Shown here: positions 51,579 through 63,631 of the stretch, piece after piece
How positions within the stretch are numbered: the first letter of the stretch is position 1
Layout: each line of letters opens with the position of its first letter
Assembly (NCBI GenBank): GCA_009695045.1
Contig: SIBS01000001.1
Coordinates: 42,942-106,941 of the forward strand
Origin: Candidatus Levyibacteriota bacterium
GTDB taxonomy: Bacteria; Patescibacteriota; Microgenomatia; Levybacterales; UBA12049
DNA length: 64,000 bases
Direction: 5' to 3'
Notes under the pieces: generated by a model
The model's database searches: none
Seen by the model: only the letters and a program-made list of their open reading frames with translations
What the model was told of the DNA's origin: nothing
Program-made: the position numbers and the translations under genes

Positions 51579-54500
51579 TTATACTCCCTCTAGAAGTTTT
51601 CCTTCGACTGGAATCAATCTACCAATAATAACATTTTCCTTAAGGCCAACAAGTGTGTCTTCTCGTCCTTCTAATGCTCCCTCCGTAAGAACCTTTGTTG
51701 TTTCCTGAAAAGATGCGGCAGACAGCCAGGAATCAGAGAAAAGTGATGATTTAGTAATGCCAAGAATTATTTGCCGAGCTGTTGCAGGCTCTCCACCTTG
51801 AGATAATACATCTGCATTTGTTTCTTCAAATCTTGTTTTTGTAAGAAAATCTCCTGGAATAAGTGGGGTATCTCCAACTGACTCAATAATCAACTTATCT
51901 GACATTTTCCTGAGTATTACTTCAAAATGTTTATCATCTATATTTATACCCTGGGATTCATAAACTTTTTGAGCTTCTGTAATAATGTATCTCTGAGCTA
52001 CAAACAATCCTCCTATCTTAAGTACTTCTTTTGGATCTAAATAACCATATGAAAATGGAGTTCCAGCTGTAATCTCCTGCCCATCCTCAACAGTAAGAGA
52101 CGTTGATAATGGAACAAAATATTCTCTCTCTTCAGCTGGCTTTATTTTATTACTTCGAATTGTAATTTTATGTCCTTCATCATTGGTTTCTATTTTTAAT
52201 TTTCCAGATATTTCAGATATAGTAGAAAGGCTTTTTGGTGTTCTCATTTCAAATAATTCTTCTACTCTAGGAAGTCCCTGAGTTACGTCTGACATGATAA
52301 CGCCTCCAAAATGGCGAACACGCATCGTTAATTGTGTTCCTGGCTCCCCTATACTTTGCGCCGCAATGACTCCGACAGGCACTCCTTGATCTACCATTTT
52401 TCTTATTGCAAAATCCCAACCGTAACATTTTGCACAAATACCATAATGTAGCTTGCAGGTAATAGCAGAGCGAACAACAACTTCCTCAACGTCACTTTCA
52501 TCAATAATTTTTGCTATTTCTTCTGTTATTTCTTCGCCTATTGAAACCAAAACTTTTTTACCTTTCCTAGATACAACATCTTCAACAGAAATACGACCCA
52601 TAATTCTATTAAGTAGCGGCGTTGTCCTCTGAGGATCTGTTCTTAGAATAGTAACTCCTTCAGTAACTCCACAATCATCTTGACGAATAATAACATCATG
52701 AGAAACATCAACCAAACGACGAGTAAGATATCCTGCATTAGCTGTTTTCAAAGCAGAATCAGTTAATCCTTTTCTAGATCCCCTTGCGGATGCAACGTAT
52801 TCAAAAATAGATAATCCTTCACGGAAATTAGACTTAATTGGAAGCTCAACAATCTTACCTAATGGATCAAGTATTAATCCTCTCATTGCGGAAAGTTGCT
52901 TCAATTGCTCTTTACCAGCTCTAGCTCCCTCAGAGTCAATAATAACCTTGATAGCATTTGTTGGCTCTAGGCTATTCCATGTCATATCAGCAAGAGTCTC
53001 CGTTGTCTTTATCCAGACATCATTTGAAAGACGTTTTTTCTCATCCATCGTAATCAGTCCATTTTGATATTCTTCTTCAATAACTTTTATCTTTTTTTCT
53101 GACTCCTCAATCATTCCATTTTTCTCTGGCACCATTTTATTATCAAAAACTGATACGCTAATACCAGATATAGTTGATCCATAAAATCCAAGTGACTTAA
53201 TACTATCAATAAGGGAAACCACCTCATCTTCTGTGCATTTTGTAATTGCTTCAGTAATAATTTTTTTAATGGAAGAAGCCTTAATGGCTTGATTTATAAA
53301 GCTAATTTGTTTTGGTAATCTTTCATTAAAAAGAATTCTTCCACAAGTTGTTTCAATAATAGAACCCTCTATGCGAACATTAACTGGTTCACGAAGTGAA
53401 ACATATTCCATAGCATTAGCTAGTAATGCCTCATTTGCATCAGTAAAAATATATAATTCTTTCTTACGCAGTCTTTCATCTAGTGAAGTTAGGTAGAAAG
53501 TTCCTAGCGCCATTTCTTTATTTGGTAATGTTATTGGACTTCCGTCTGCTGGCTTAAGTAAATTATGTCCTGGCATCATAAGCTTAATTGCTTCATCCTG
53601 AGCTCGCTTAGAAAGTGGTATATGTACTGCCATCTGATCGCCATCAAAATCTGCATTATAACCAGTACACACACATGGATGAAGCTGTATCGCTGAACCC
53701 TCAATAAGAACTGGATAAAATGCCTGAATACCTAATTTATGCAATGTTGGAGCACGATTTAATAAAACAGGGTGATTTTTTGTTATTTCTTCCAATATAT
53801 CAAAAACCTCCGGTGGTCGACGTTCTATAAATCTCTTTGCGGATTTTATATTTGGAGCAAATCCTCTAGTAATAACTTCGCGAAGAACAAATGGCTTAAA
53901 CATTTCTAGAGCCATTTCTTTTGGTAATCCGCACTGATTTAATGAAAGGTCAGGACCAACAACGATAACTGATCGACCAGAATAGTCTACGCGTTTTCCA
54001 AGTAGATTTTGCCTAAAACGTCCTTGTTTTCCTCTAAGCATGTCTGAAAGCGATCTCAACGGTGAAGTCACTATTTGACCAGATCTCTGAGACGCATCAA
54101 TGAGCGAGTCTACTGACTCCTGTAGCATACGTTTTTCATTTCGCAAAATAATTTCAGGTGCACCAAGCGAAATAAGATGCTTTAATCTATTATTTCTATT
54201 TATGACACGTCTATATAAATCATTGAGATCAGATGTTGCAAATCTTCCACCAACTAATTGCACCATTGGGCGCAAATTAGGCGGAATAACTGGAAGCGCC
54301 TGCAATATCATAGATGATGCAGATACATTTGCTCTCCTCATTGACTCAAGCAATCTAAGTCTCTTGATAAGTTTTAAATATTTTGCACCACTTGCTTTTT
54401 CAGACTCTGTGCGAAGTGCTATGATTAAAGCAGAAAGATCAATTTTTTCAAGCACTTCAAGCATCGCTTCTGCTCCTGTTTTTACTAAAAAGAATTGAGA

Positions 54501-55301
54501 AATATCATATTCAAGAATTTTATAATATTCATCTTCTGATAAAACACTTCCAATCTTTAGATTTTTTAGAATACTTACTATAACTGTAGCTATTTCATCT
54601 ATTTTTTTACTCTCTGAATTGATTCTTTCAGCAAGCCTAGCAATACGCTGACGCTTCATAAGATCTAACTCTTCAATAATAAGTATTTTCTGCTCTTTTC
54701 CCGCACTGCCATCTTTTGCTTCTTTTTTCTTTTTTGCTACTTCTTCATCTATACGATCCTCTTCATCTTCAAGCTCTTTTTTTTGCAAATCTTTTCTCTT
54801 ATCTATACTATCTGCAAAATCTTCTAATGCTTTTTTCTTTTTGTCTTCATCAACATTAATAACTAAATGAGAAGCATAATAAATAACTGATTCAAGATTC
54901 TTCTGAGAAACATCAAGAAGAAGAGATAATGGCGAAGAAGAACCTTTGAAAAACCAAACATGTGCTACCGGAGTCGAAAGATTTATGTGCGCCATTCTCT
55001 CGCGTCGTACTCTGGATAATGTAACTTCTACTCCGCACTTATCGCAAACAATACCTCGATATCTAATTCTTTTATACTTACCGCAATAACATTCCCAATC
55101 CTTGGTTGGCCCAAATATACGCTCATCAAAAAGTCCATCTTTTTCTGGACGAAGAGTTCTATAATTAATAGTTTCAGGCTTAGTTACTTCTCCATATGAC
55201 CATGAAAGAATATCATCTCTACTTGCTAATAAAAGTTTTAAGGATTTGAAATCAACAATTGTTGGATCTTTTAGTTTTTGTGACTGTGATTTATTATTCA
55301 T
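51579..55301 (-). CDS. rpoC: DNA-directed RNA polymerase subunit beta'
   Basis: Zn finger [20 protein letters not shown] and the catalytic NADFDGD. Confidence 0.95.
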   Translation of the reverse strand: MNNKSQSQKLKDPTIVDFKSLKLLLASRDDILSWSYGEVTKPETINYRTLRPEKDGLFDERIFGPTKDWECYCGKYKRIRYRGIVCDKCGVEVTLSRVRRERMAHINLSTPVAHVWFFKGSSSPLSLLLDVSQKNLESVIYYASHLVINVDEDKKKKALEDFADSIDKRKDLQKKELEDEEDRIDEEVAKKKKEAKDGSAGKEQKILIIEELDLMKRQRIARLAERINSESKKIDEIATVIVSILKNLKIGSVLSEDEYYKILEYDISQFFLVKTGAEAMLEVLEKIDLSALIIALRTESEKASGAKYLKLIKRLRLLESMRRANVSASSMILQALPVIPPNLRPMVQLVGGRFATSDLNDLYRRVINRNNRLKHLISLGAPEIILRNEKRMLQESVDSLIDASQRSGQIVTSPLRSLSDMLRGKQGRFRQNLLGKRVDYSGRSVIVVGPDLSLNQCGLPKEMALEMFKPFVLREVITRGFAPNIKSAKRFIERRPPEVFDILEEITKNHPVLLNRAPTLHKLGIQAFYPVLIEGSAIQLHPCVCTGYNADFDGDQMAVHIPLSKRAQDEAIKLMMPGHNLLKPADGSPITLPNKEMALGTFYLTSLDERLRKKELYIFTDANEALLANAMEYVSLREPVNVRIEGSIIETTCGRILFNERLPKQISFINQAIKASSIKKIITEAITKCTEDEVVSLIDSIKSLGFYGSTISGISVSVFDNKMVPEKNGMIEESEKKIKVIEEEYQNGLITMDEKKRLSNDVWIKTTETLADMTWNSLEPTNAIKVIIDSEGARAGKEQLKQLSAMRGLILDPLGKIVELPIKSNFREGLSIFEYVASARGSRKGLTDSALKTANAGYLTRRLVDVSHDVIIRQDDCGVTEGVTILRTDPQRTTPLLNRIMGRISVEDVVSRKGKKVLVSIGEEITEEIAKIIDESDVEEVVVRSAITCKLHYGICAKCYGWDFAIRKMVDQGVPVGVIAAQSIGEPGTQLTMRVRHFGGVIMSDVTQGLPRVEELFEMRTPKSLSTISEISGKLKIETNDEGHKITIRSNKIKPAEEREYFVPLSTSLTVEDGQEITAGTPFSYGYLDPKEVLKIGGLFVAQRYIITEAQKVYESQGINIDDKHFEVILRKMSDKLIIESVGDTPLIPGDFLTKTRFEETNADVLSQGGEPATARQIILGITKSSLFSDSWLSAASFQETTKVLTEGALEGREDTLVGLKENVIIGRLIPVEGKLLEGV

Positions 55302-58300
55302 TTACTAGTCCTTCTTGCATTATCTCACTTACAACTTCTTCTTGCATCGATACTTCTGCAACTTCCACTCCACCAAGCTCTTCTCTTAATTCTTTTGCAT
55401 CTTCTTCAATTTTTATATTCTGATTATCTTCTACTATATTCTCTGCTTGTGGTAAGTCTGCATTTACCATAGCTCCAACAGGCACCACGTTTAATCCCAT
55501 TGCTTGTAATTCTTTTATTAAAACCTTAAATGATTCTGGAACCTTAGGAGTTGGTATGTCCAAACCCTTTACGATAGCTTCAAATGCCTTAGATCTACCA
55601 ACGACATCGTCAGATTTTATTGTCAACATTTCTTGTAATATATAACGAGCTCTATGAGCTTCAAGTGCCCAAACTTCCATTTCACCAAGACGTTGTCCGC
55701 CCATCTGAGCTTTTCCACCAAGCGGCTGTTGAGTTACGAGTGAGTATGGCCCAGTTGACCTAGCATGGGTTTTATCCTCAACCATATGAATAAGCTTCAT
55801 AATGTATTCAATGCCTACGACAACAGGATTTTCGTACTCTTTTCCAGTTCGTCCATCAACAAGAATTGCTTTTCCATCAACAGGTAGGCCAGCTTTTTTA
55901 AGAAGACTCGTAATTCTATCTTCGCTTATTTGCTCAAAAACAGGGGCACCTATTTTGATATTTAGCTTACTTGCTGCCCAACCAAGATGAGCCTCTAAAA
56001 GCTGTCCTAAATTCATACGAGCAAGTACTGATATTGGAGAAATTAAAATATCCACGGTTGTTCCATCTTTAAGATGTGGCATATCTGATTCTGGCAATAT
56101 TTTAGATATAACTCCTTTGTTACCATGTCTTCCAGCAAGCTTATCGCCAACAACTACATGGCGAAATTGTGCTGCTTCAATAATAATCTTTCTCATTGTT
56201 CCAGGCTCCATTTCGTCTCCCTTTTTTCTATCAAGTATCTGCACACTAATAATTGTCCCACGCTCTCCATGGGGCATACGCAAAGACGTATCTCTAACCT
56301 CGCGAGACTGCTCTCCAAAAATGGCTCTAAGAAGACGTTCTTCTGCCGTAAGCTCTGTTTCTCCTTTTGGAGCAATTTTACCAACAAGAATATCGCCTGG
56401 GCTAATTTCGCTTCCAACAACAATTATTCCTTCTTCATCCAGACTTGATAGGTCTTCTTCTGCAACATTTGGAATATCTCTTGTTGTTTCTTCTGGTCCA
56501 AGCTTTGTCTCCACAACTGCTGCCTCATACTTTTCAATATGAATAGATGATAAAATGTCTTCTCTTACCAATCTATCAGAAATAACAATAGCATCTTCAT
56601 AGCCTAATCCATCAAATGAAGCATAAGCAATCAATAAATTCTGACCAAGAGCTAACTCACCATTCTGTGCTGCTGGACCATCTACTAAAACATCTCCCAT
56701 TACTACCTGTTGTCGAAGTTTGGCTATTACTCGCTGTGAATATGATGTTGCCTGTGAAGTTCTCTGAAAAGCTTTTATAGCAAAACTTGCTTTTTCTCCA
56801 GCTTTCCCTTCTAGGACAATTGTGTCTGCATCAAGAGAAGTAATTATGCCATCAAAAGGTGCACGAATAACTCGCCCCATAACTTCCGCAATTGCACTTT
56901 CCATCCCAGTTCCAACCATTGGACTTTCGGGTTTAACAAGTGGAACAGCTTGACATTGCATATGTGTTCCCATCAGTGCTCTATTTGCTTCATCATGACT
57001 TACAAATGGAATAAGAGATGCAGCTACTCCAACTACTTGCCTTGGTAAAACATCTACATATTCTATTTTTTCCTTCTCAACTTCTATAAATTCTCCTCTG
57101 TAACGAACAGCAACACGATCTTCAACAATTATATTATCATCAGATACAGCCATTGCATGAGAAATGTATCTCTCAGCTTCATCATCGGAAGATAAATAGT
57201 GAATTTCATCTGTTACTTTTACGATAAATTTTTTACCTGATTCAGTTATCTGAACTTTTCTATAAGGAGCCTCTAGGAATCCGTATTCATTCATTCTTGC
57301 ATAAAGTGATAGGTATGTTACTAATCCAATATTTGGCCCCTCAGGAGATCGAATAGGACAAACTCTACTATATTGAGAACTATTAATATCCCTAATAGAG
57401 AATGCTGCTCTTTCTCGAGAAATACCACCAGTACCCATTACCGTTACACGTCTAAGATTATCTATTTCCGAAAGAGGATTAGTTTGATCTAGAATAGTGG
57501 ATAATTGAGAAGTTCTAAAAAACTCATTTATAGATGCCATTATTGGACGAGCATTTACTAAATTAGCAATTGAAACAGGCGTGTCTGCCTGAATAAGACT
57601 CATTCTCTCCTTAACGCTTCTCTCAAGACGTAAGATTCCAACCCTAAAAGCCGTAGTTGCCACAAGTTCACCAACGGATCGAACTCTTCTGTTTGCAAGA
57701 CTATCAATATCATCGATTACTCCTTTTCCCTGCGTAAGGAGAATTAAATATTTAATGGTTCCAATAATATCCTCTATTGTAAGAACATGTGTATCTGAGG
57801 ATGAAAATCCAGGAATATTATTAAGTTTTTTGTTTAATTTGTATCGACCAACTCTTCCTAAATCATAACGTCTATTATTAAAGAAAAGGCCATTAAAATT
57901 ATCTTTCACTTTTTCAAGCACAATTGGCTCACCTGGATGCATTTTCTTAAAAATTTCTATAACAGCATCTACTTCACCTTGAGTTTCATCTTTCATAAGA
58001 GTATTATTAATATAACCATCATTATCCGTAGCTGAAACTTCTTCAAATCTTTCCTCTATTACTTCACTTGATGACATGCCTAGCGCCTTAAGAAAAGTCG
58101 TTGCTAAAAATTTCCTTCTTCTATCTATTTTTACAGTTATGGTATTGTGTCTAGTCGTAGAAAATTCAAGCCATGAACCATGAATCGGTCTAATTTCTGC
58201 AGAATAAAGCGTTTTTCCACTAACAGCATCTAACGTTGATGTAAAGAACGATCCAGGTGATCTGACAAGCTGATTTACCACTGCACGCTCAATGCCATTT

Positions 58301-58674
58301 ACTATAAATGTTGCACGTTCGGTCATTTGAGGAATATCACCAAGAAAAACTTCTTGCGTCTGACGTTTTTCAGTTTTTTTATTGGTAAGCGTTGCTTTGA
58401 CATATAGAGGACAATCAAAGGTTATTCCTTTTACTAAAGCATTTTGCGGAGTAGTAGATGCTTCACCAAAACGATATTCTCCAAACTCTAGGCTCCAATT
58501 TTTTTCCGTAAAATCATCTATTGGAGATATCTCTCTTAAGGTCTCCCCAATTGCAACATCCTGAAACCATTCATATGATCTTTTTTGAATAGTAAGGAGA
58601 TCCATTATAGGTAGAGCAGAATAAGTTTTTCCCCAGTTTTGTCTAATATTTTCTTTTAAATCAGTTTTTTGCAT
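55294..58674 (-). CDS. rpoB: DNA-directed RNA polymerase subunit beta
   Basis: 1126 aa carrying the conserved beta motifs, e.g. ...[14 protein letters not shown].... Confidence 0.95.
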   Translation of the reverse strand: MQKTDLKENIRQNWGKTYSALPIMDLLTIQKRSYEWFQDVAIGETLREISPIDDFTEKNWSLEFGEYRFGEASTTPQNALVKGITFDCPLYVKATLTNKKTEKRQTQEVFLGDIPQMTERATFIVNGIERAVVNQLVRSPGSFFTSTLDAVSGKTLYSAEIRPIHGSWLEFSTTRHNTITVKIDRRRKFLATTFLKALGMSSSEVIEERFEEVSATDNDGYINNTLMKDETQGEVDAVIEIFKKMHPGEPIVLEKVKDNFNGLFFNNRRYDLGRVGRYKLNKKLNNIPGFSSSDTHVLTIEDIIGTIKYLILLTQGKGVIDDIDSLANRRVRSVGELVATTAFRVGILRLERSVKERMSLIQADTPVSIANLVNARPIMASINEFFRTSQLSTILDQTNPLSEIDNLRRVTVMGTGGISRERAAFSIRDINSSQYSRVCPIRSPEGPNIGLVTYLSLYARMNEYGFLEAPYRKVQITESGKKFIVKVTDEIHYLSSDDEAERYISHAMAVSDDNIIVEDRVAVRYRGEFIEVEKEKIEYVDVLPRQVVGVAASLIPFVSHDEANRALMGTHMQCQAVPLVKPESPMVGTGMESAIAEVMGRVIRAPFDGIITSLDADTIVLEGKAGEKASFAIKAFQRTSQATSYSQRVIAKLRQQVVMGDVLVDGPAAQNGELALGQNLLIAYASFDGLGYEDAIVISDRLVREDILSSIHIEKYEAAVVETKLGPEETTRDIPNVAEEDLSSLDEEGIIVVGSEISPGDILVGKIAPKGETELTAEERLLRAIFGEQSREVRDTSLRMPHGERGTIISVQILDRKKGDEMEPGTMRKIIIEAAQFRHVVVGDKLAGRHGNKGVISKILPESDMPHLKDGTTVDILISPISVLARMNLGQLLEAHLGWAASKLNIKIGAPVFEQISEDRITSLLKKAGLPVDGKAILVDGRTGKEYENPVVVGIEYIMKLIHMVEDKTHARSTGPYSLVTQQPLGGKAQMGGQRLGEMEVWALEAHRARYILQEMLTIKSDDVVGRSKAFEAIVKGLDIPTPKVPESFKVLIKELQAMGLNVVPVGAMVNADLPQAENIVEDNQNIKIEEDAKELREELGGVEVAEVSMQEEVVSEIMQEGLVNE

Positions 58675-58856
58675 CAGGCTTATAGCTTTCTTTTAAGTTG
58701 TTAGATAAACAAAAAAATACCCGCTTTAAAACGGTTTACAATCTTTGTAGAAGATTAAAGTAATTAAGTTATAACACGCATTGAAGGAGTCTGTCAATAG
58801 GTAATAAATTAATAAACATTAGATTTGATTTATTTGGTTGTAGTAATAAAATTAAT

Positions 58857-59462
58857 ATGATAAAATTATATCACTTCGGAACTGTTTCTTGCCACAAGGG
58901 TAATACATGTTTCCAGCCATATATGAGACGAATAGAATTTTTGCGTGGCATAACTGCGACTACACTAGTACCAAATGAGTCAATAAAAACCATCATATTT
59001 AATGAAAAAGAAACAATCGATATTCTTGTTGCAACAATAGAACAATTTTATCAAGGGCGCCTTGTTCAGCCATACTCGGAAGATATTGTAATCTCAGCAA
59101 TAGAAAATGATATTAATCCTGACCTAATAGCCATTATTGGTATGATTGAATCTGGCGGAGGAAATGGTGCACCAAATGGATTTTGGTTTGGAGTTACAAA
59201 TGTTAAACTTGAAACACGAAAAGAAGAAATTGATTACGTAGCCCAACTACTTGCAGGCAAGCATTTACCTCAATATAAATATGCAGAGCAGGATATTCAA
59301 AAACTCCATATCTTTAATGGTGGTGGAAATAATTGGTGGAATGATCCTAGTTATCCAAATAAATATATTTTTCATAAAAATGAGCTTGATGAAATTAGAA
59401 AACAACTAACTCTGAATTCTGAAATAGATAAAATTACCGGGATTGAATCTAAGAACTATTAG
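58857..59462 (+). CDS. hypothetical protein, weak lytic-transglycosylase (SLT)-like motifs
   Basis: ...IIGMIESGGGNGAPNGFWFGV... and ...FNGGGNNWWND... loosely resemble the ES...GxxQ...YN SLT pattern. The true start is uncertain. Confidence 0.3.
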   Translation: MIKLYHFGTVSCHKGNTCFQPYMRRIEFLRGITATTLVPNESIKTIIFNEKETIDILVATIEQFYQGRLVQPYSEDIVISAIENDINPDLIAIIGMIESGGGNGAPNGFWFGVTNVKLETRKEEIDYVAQLLAGKHLPQYKYAEQDIQKLHIFNGGGNNWWNDPSYPNKYIFHKNELDEIRKQLTLNSEIDKITGIESKNY

Positions 59463-59502
59463 ATATATTATTAATAATTTCCATCCATGCTATAATTAAG
59501 GC

Positions 59503-61335
59503 ATGCTTTCATCAGCCGAAATTATCAAAAAATATATAAATTTTTTCAAAAAACATGAACACGTTGAAATAAAAGGATACCCTATTGTTCTACAAAATGA
59601 TCCAACTACTCTGTTCACTAATTCTGGTATGCAGCCACTAGTACCATACTTACTAGGTGAACAGCATCCAGAAGGAAATATTCTCGTTAACGTGCAGAAT
59701 TGCTTTCGCTCATTAGACATTAATGAAGTTGGGGACAATAGGCACACTACTTTTTTCCGCATGCTTGGAAACTGGAGTCTTGGGGCATATTTCAAAGAAA
59801 AACAAATACCTTGGTTTTGGGAATTTCTTACAAAAGAGCTTAACTTACCATTAGATAATCTTCATATTACGGTATTCAAGGGGGGGGAAGATATTCCTCG
59901 CGATGAAGAAGCATTAATTATTTGGGAAGATATCTTAATAAAAGAAGGCCTAGACCCGAAAGAAAAAATACACTTATATGGATTTAAGGAGAATTGGTGG
60001 TCTCGCGCAGGAACTCCTGACAACATGCCAGTAGATGAACCAGGTGGACCAAGTAGTGAAATTTTCTATGAATTTACAGATGTTGATCATGATATGTCGT
60101 ATGGAGAAAAATGTCATCCAAATTGTAATTGTGGTAAATTTGTAGAAATTGGTAATTGTGTGTTTATGCAATATCAAAAACAAAATAATGGATCCTTTAA
60201 AAAACTCTCTCAAAAAAATGTTGACTTTGGTGGGGGACTTGAGCGACTTGCTGCTGCGCTCAACAATAATCCCGATATATTTACTACCGATCTTTATGAA
60301 GGAGTAATAAAAGCAATAGAGGATAATTCAGGAAAAAAATATGAAAAAGAAAATATGAATTCAATGCGAATAATCGCTGATCATCTTAAAGGAGCTATCT
60401 TCCTTATAAAAGATGGTGTTATTCCTTCCAATAAAGAACATGGATATATCCTTAGACGTCTCCTTAGAAGATCTGCTGTAAAAATGCATCTCCTAAGCGG
60501 TGGCTCTACACCGATGGGTGGATTTGAAAATATATGCGATGAAATTATTAGAATTGAAGAAAATATTCCAAATAGTGGGATTAACCGAAGCGAGCAAAAA
60601 AATAATATATTTAATGTCATTAAAAATGAAATGGAAAGATTCGGCAAAAGCCTAGATAATGGCCTCAAGGAAATTGAGAAACTCAAAAACATTAAAGGTA
60701 AAGAATTTTATCTTTTCCAAACGTTTGGATTTCCTATTGAAATTATCGAAGAACTAGCGAAGCAAAAAAACAAAGAAATAGATATAGAAATATTTTATAA
60801 AGAATTAGAGGCACACAGAGATCTATCACGCGCTGCATCAGCGGGTAAATTTAAAGGTGGATTAATGGATAATCAGGAAATGACAATAATGGGTCATACG
60901 GCAACTCATTTACTTCATCAAGCACTTAGAGATACACTAGGTAAACATGTCCATCAAACGGGATCAAACATTACGGCTGAAAGGCTTCGCTTTGACTTTA
61001 ACTATAAAAGCGCTTTAACAGATATTCAAATAAAAAAAATAGAAAATATTATAAATCAGAAGATTTCAGATAATCTACCAGTTTATTTTGAAATAATTGA
61101 AACAAAAATAGCAAAAAAAATAGGAGCAATTGGTCTATTTCAAGATTCTTACGGCGATAAATCAAAAATATATTTTATAGGAGGATCTGGAGATAAATCT
61201 AGTAATGCATATTCTATAGAATTTTGTGGAGGACCACATGTTGATTTTACAGGAAAGCTTAAAAGAGTTAATATAATAAAACAGGAGAGTATTGGTCAAG
61301 GACAACAAAGAATTTATGCCAAAGTAAACATCTAG
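59503..61335 (+). CDS. alaS: alanyl-tRNA synthetase, short form lacking C-terminal C-Ala domain
   Basis: ...DPTTLFTNSGMQPLVPY..., ...RHTTFFRMLGNWSLGAYFK..., editing-domain HTATHLLHQAL and CGGPHV. Confidence 0.8.
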   Translation: MLSSAEIIKKYINFFKKHEHVEIKGYPIVLQNDPTTLFTNSGMQPLVPYLLGEQHPEGNILVNVQNCFRSLDINEVGDNRHTTFFRMLGNWSLGAYFKEKQIPWFWEFLTKELNLPLDNLHITVFKGGEDIPRDEEALIIWEDILIKEGLDPKEKIHLYGFKENWWSRAGTPDNMPVDEPGGPSSEIFYEFTDVDHDMSYGEKCHPNCNCGKFVEIGNCVFMQYQKQNNGSFKKLSQKNVDFGGGLERLAAALNNNPDIFTTDLYEGVIKAIEDNSGKKYEKENMNSMRIIADHLKGAIFLIKDGVIPSNKEHGYILRRLLRRSAVKMHLLSGGSTPMGGFENICDEIIRIEENIPNSGINRSEQKNNIFNVIKNEMERFGKSLDNGLKEIEKLKNIKGKEFYLFQTFGFPIEIIEELAKQKNKEIDIEIFYKELEAHRDLSRAASAGKFKGGLMDNQEMTIMGHTATHLLHQALRDTLGKHVHQTGSNITAERLRFDFNYKSALTDIQIKKIENIINQKISDNLPVYFEIIETKIAKKIGAIGLFQDSYGDKSKIYFIGGSGDKSSNAYSIEFCGGPHVDFTGKLKRVNIIKQESIGQGQQRIYAKVNI

Positions 61336-61336
61336 T

Positions 61337-63631
61337 ATGAAGCTGCCATTTGGATTAAACTTTCAAAAGAAAGAAAAAAAAGATTACTTTCTAGCACTTC
61401 TTCTTAGGGAAGAAAGGATAAGTGCAGTTATTTTTGAAGAATTAGAAGGAAAAGTAAGCGTTATTGGTGAAAAAGAAGAATATCTCCATTCAACTATTGA
61501 CTCTACTAGCTCAGAAGATCTTCTTACAGCAATTGATGAGGCGGTATCCGTTGCAGAATCATCTCTACCAAATAACACTGAGACTAGAAAGACTATTTTT
61601 GGAGTCAAAGAAAATTGGATTGAAAACTCAAAAATAAAAAGTGAGTACTTAGCTAAATTAAAAAAGGTGAGCGATAGCATCGGTCTTTCTCCACTTGGAT
61701 TTTTAATAATCCATGAAGCAATTATACGCTATATGCAAAAGGAGGAAGGCGCTCCAGTTTCCGCAATACTTGTAGAAATAGATAAAAAAACCCTAGTAGT
61801 CTCACTTGTTAGAGCAGGGAGAATTATAGAAACAAAAACATCAACTATTAATGGTGCAATCGCACAGAGCGTTGACAAATTGCTGCAACACTTTACGGAA
61901 CACGAAGTGCTTCCATCCAGAGTTGTGCTATTTAATGGAGGAGAGGAAGAAAGACTTTCGCAATTATTTATCAGCCATTCATGGAGTAGGCAGTTACCAT
62001 TTCTTCATGTACCTCAAGTTACAGTACTTCACAAGGGCTTTGATGCAAAAGCGGTTTTATTTGGGGCAGCTACTCAAATGGGATTTGAATTACTACCCGA
62101 AATTAGACACAAAAAGGAGAAACTAGAAATATCTCATTTATCAAAAGACGTGGATATTGTAAAAAAAGAAGAAACAAAGATGATAAATGAGAATAAATCA
62201 ACAAACGAAAAAACTCTTAAAGACATATCTTTTTTATATGAAGAGGATATTCTAAAAGAAAAAGTGCTTGACGAGACATCAATTGCTATTACTATCCCTA
62301 AGCAACCCCATAAGTCATATCATGATGAAAGCAATTTTATAAATATTAATCATCCAGATGATGTGTTAAGAAAAAAAACATCACCAATATCTAATATATT
62401 AATACTTATAAACTCTATTAATAATAAGCTATTAGCTATTATTCCGATAAAAAATTTAAAAAATCTTCTTATGAAATTTTCTTTTTTTCCGAAAAATAAA
62501 AAGGTAATTTTTATCCCAGTATTTATTTCTTCTCTTTTCATTTTTTTAGCAATATTATATATATTTGAACTTAAAGCCATTGTTACGATATCATTAAGAG
62601 CAGAAACAGTTGAAAAAGAAGAAAACATTATATTTCTGATTGAAAAAGAAACTGACCTTTCTAATAATAATTTAGGCTCTAGATTGATTGAGATTTCTGA
62701 AGAAGCATCTTCTGCAATTGAAACAACGGGTAAAAAAGAGATTGGTGAAAAAACAAAAGGACAATTAAATCTATATGCACGCTTTGATGAAGGCAAAAAT
62801 ATAACTGCAGGGACAATAATTATTTCTTCAAATGACTTAAAATTCACTCTGGATAAAGATGTCTCCATAGCTTCAGTTTCAGCAGCAGATGCAAGCTCAG
62901 TAATAGTAAAAGTAGATATAACTGCTAAAAATATTGGAAAAGAATATAATCTTCCATCTGGTGCAAAATTTACAATCGGTCAAATATCGCAATCTATAAT
63001 AACTGGTAAGAACGATGAGGCCTTTTCGGGAGGATCAAAAAAAGAAATTAACGCTGTTTCAAAATTAGATCAAGATCGGCTTTTGGAAGAATTACCATTT
63101 AAATCTGAAGAAAAAGCCAAAGTAGAAATAAATAAACAACTAAAAAATGACGAAATAACATTACCAAGCTTTACTGATATAAAAATTCTTAGAACGGAAT
63201 TTTCTAAAAATATTGGCGATGAGGCAACAAGCCTACAGGTTAATGGTACGATAAATTATAAAACTGTTGCATATAAAAAAAGTGACCTGCTTAGTATGGC
63301 AAAAAAAGTATTTGAAAAAAATCTTAAGAATATGACGTCCGCAGACGATAACATATCTCTAGAAATAAAGAAAATAAAAAAAGTGGATGAAAAACAAATA
63401 GAAATCATAGTGCTACTGAAAAATAGATTAATACCAAAAATTGACGTATCTATGCTTCAGAAAAAAATATCAGGCCTTTCATACGCTCAGGCAGAAAAAA
63501 TAATAAATGAGATTCCTCAAGTAAATGATATTTATATAAAATTACAGCCTAATATTTTCTCTACCATACTTCCCCATATTCTGCCTAAGCAGTCAAAAAA
63601 TATAAATTTCGTGATTGAATCTAATGAGTAA
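61337..63631 (+). CDS. large membrane protein: N-terminal actin-like (PilM/FtsA-like) cytoplasmic domain, central TM helix, ~350-aa extracytoplasmic C-terminal domain
   Basis: ...DYFLALLLREERISAVIFEELEGKVSVIGEKEE... resembles the first subdomain of PilM/FtsA. A hydrophobic segment VIFIPVFISSLFIFLAILYIF lies near residue 390. Confidence 0.3.
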   Translation: MKLPFGLNFQKKEKKDYFLALLLREERISAVIFEELEGKVSVIGEKEEYLHSTIDSTSSEDLLTAIDEAVSVAESSLPNNTETRKTIFGVKENWIENSKIKSEYLAKLKKVSDSIGLSPLGFLIIHEAIIRYMQKEEGAPVSAILVEIDKKTLVVSLVRAGRIIETKTSTINGAIAQSVDKLLQHFTEHEVLPSRVVLFNGGEEERLSQLFISHSWSRQLPFLHVPQVTVLHKGFDAKAVLFGAATQMGFELLPEIRHKKEKLEISHLSKDVDIVKKEETKMINENKSTNEKTLKDISFLYEEDILKEKVLDETSIAITIPKQPHKSYHDESNFININHPDDVLRKKTSPISNILILINSINNKLLAIIPIKNLKNLLMKFSFFPKNKKVIFIPVFISSLFIFLAILYIFELKAIVTISLRAETVEKEENIIFLIEKETDLSNNNLGSRLIEISEEASSAIETTGKKEIGEKTKGQLNLYARFDEGKNITAGTIIISSNDLKFTLDKDVSIASVSAADASSVIVKVDITAKNIGKEYNLPSGAKFTIGQISQSIITGKNDEAFSGGSKKEINAVSKLDQDRLLEELPFKSEEKAKVEINKQLKNDEITLPSFTDIKILRTEFSKNIGDEATSLQVNGTINYKTVAYKKSDLLSMAKKVFEKNLKNMTSADDNISLEIKKIKKVDEKQIEIIVLLKNRLIPKIDVSMLQKKISGLSYAQAEKIINEIPQVNDIYIKLQPNIFSTILPHILPKQSKNINFVIESNE

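Noticed and set aside
51579-58674. Multiple antisense ORFs inside rpoB and rpoC (e.g. 54100..54498, 56117..56542, 56193..56423)
   Set aside because: They lie entirely within strongly supported genes on the opposite strand and have no homology-like features. Typical shadow ORFs.
58675-58856. Possible attenuator hairpin and U-tract in the rpoB 5' leader (ACCG-TTTTAAAG-CGGGT then ATTTTTTT)
   Set aside because: Only 3-4 bp can pair. Not convincing without comparative support.
59496-59795. 99-aa minus-strand ORF overlapping the alaS start
   Set aside because: It is antisense to the well-supported alaS N-terminus. Judged spurious.
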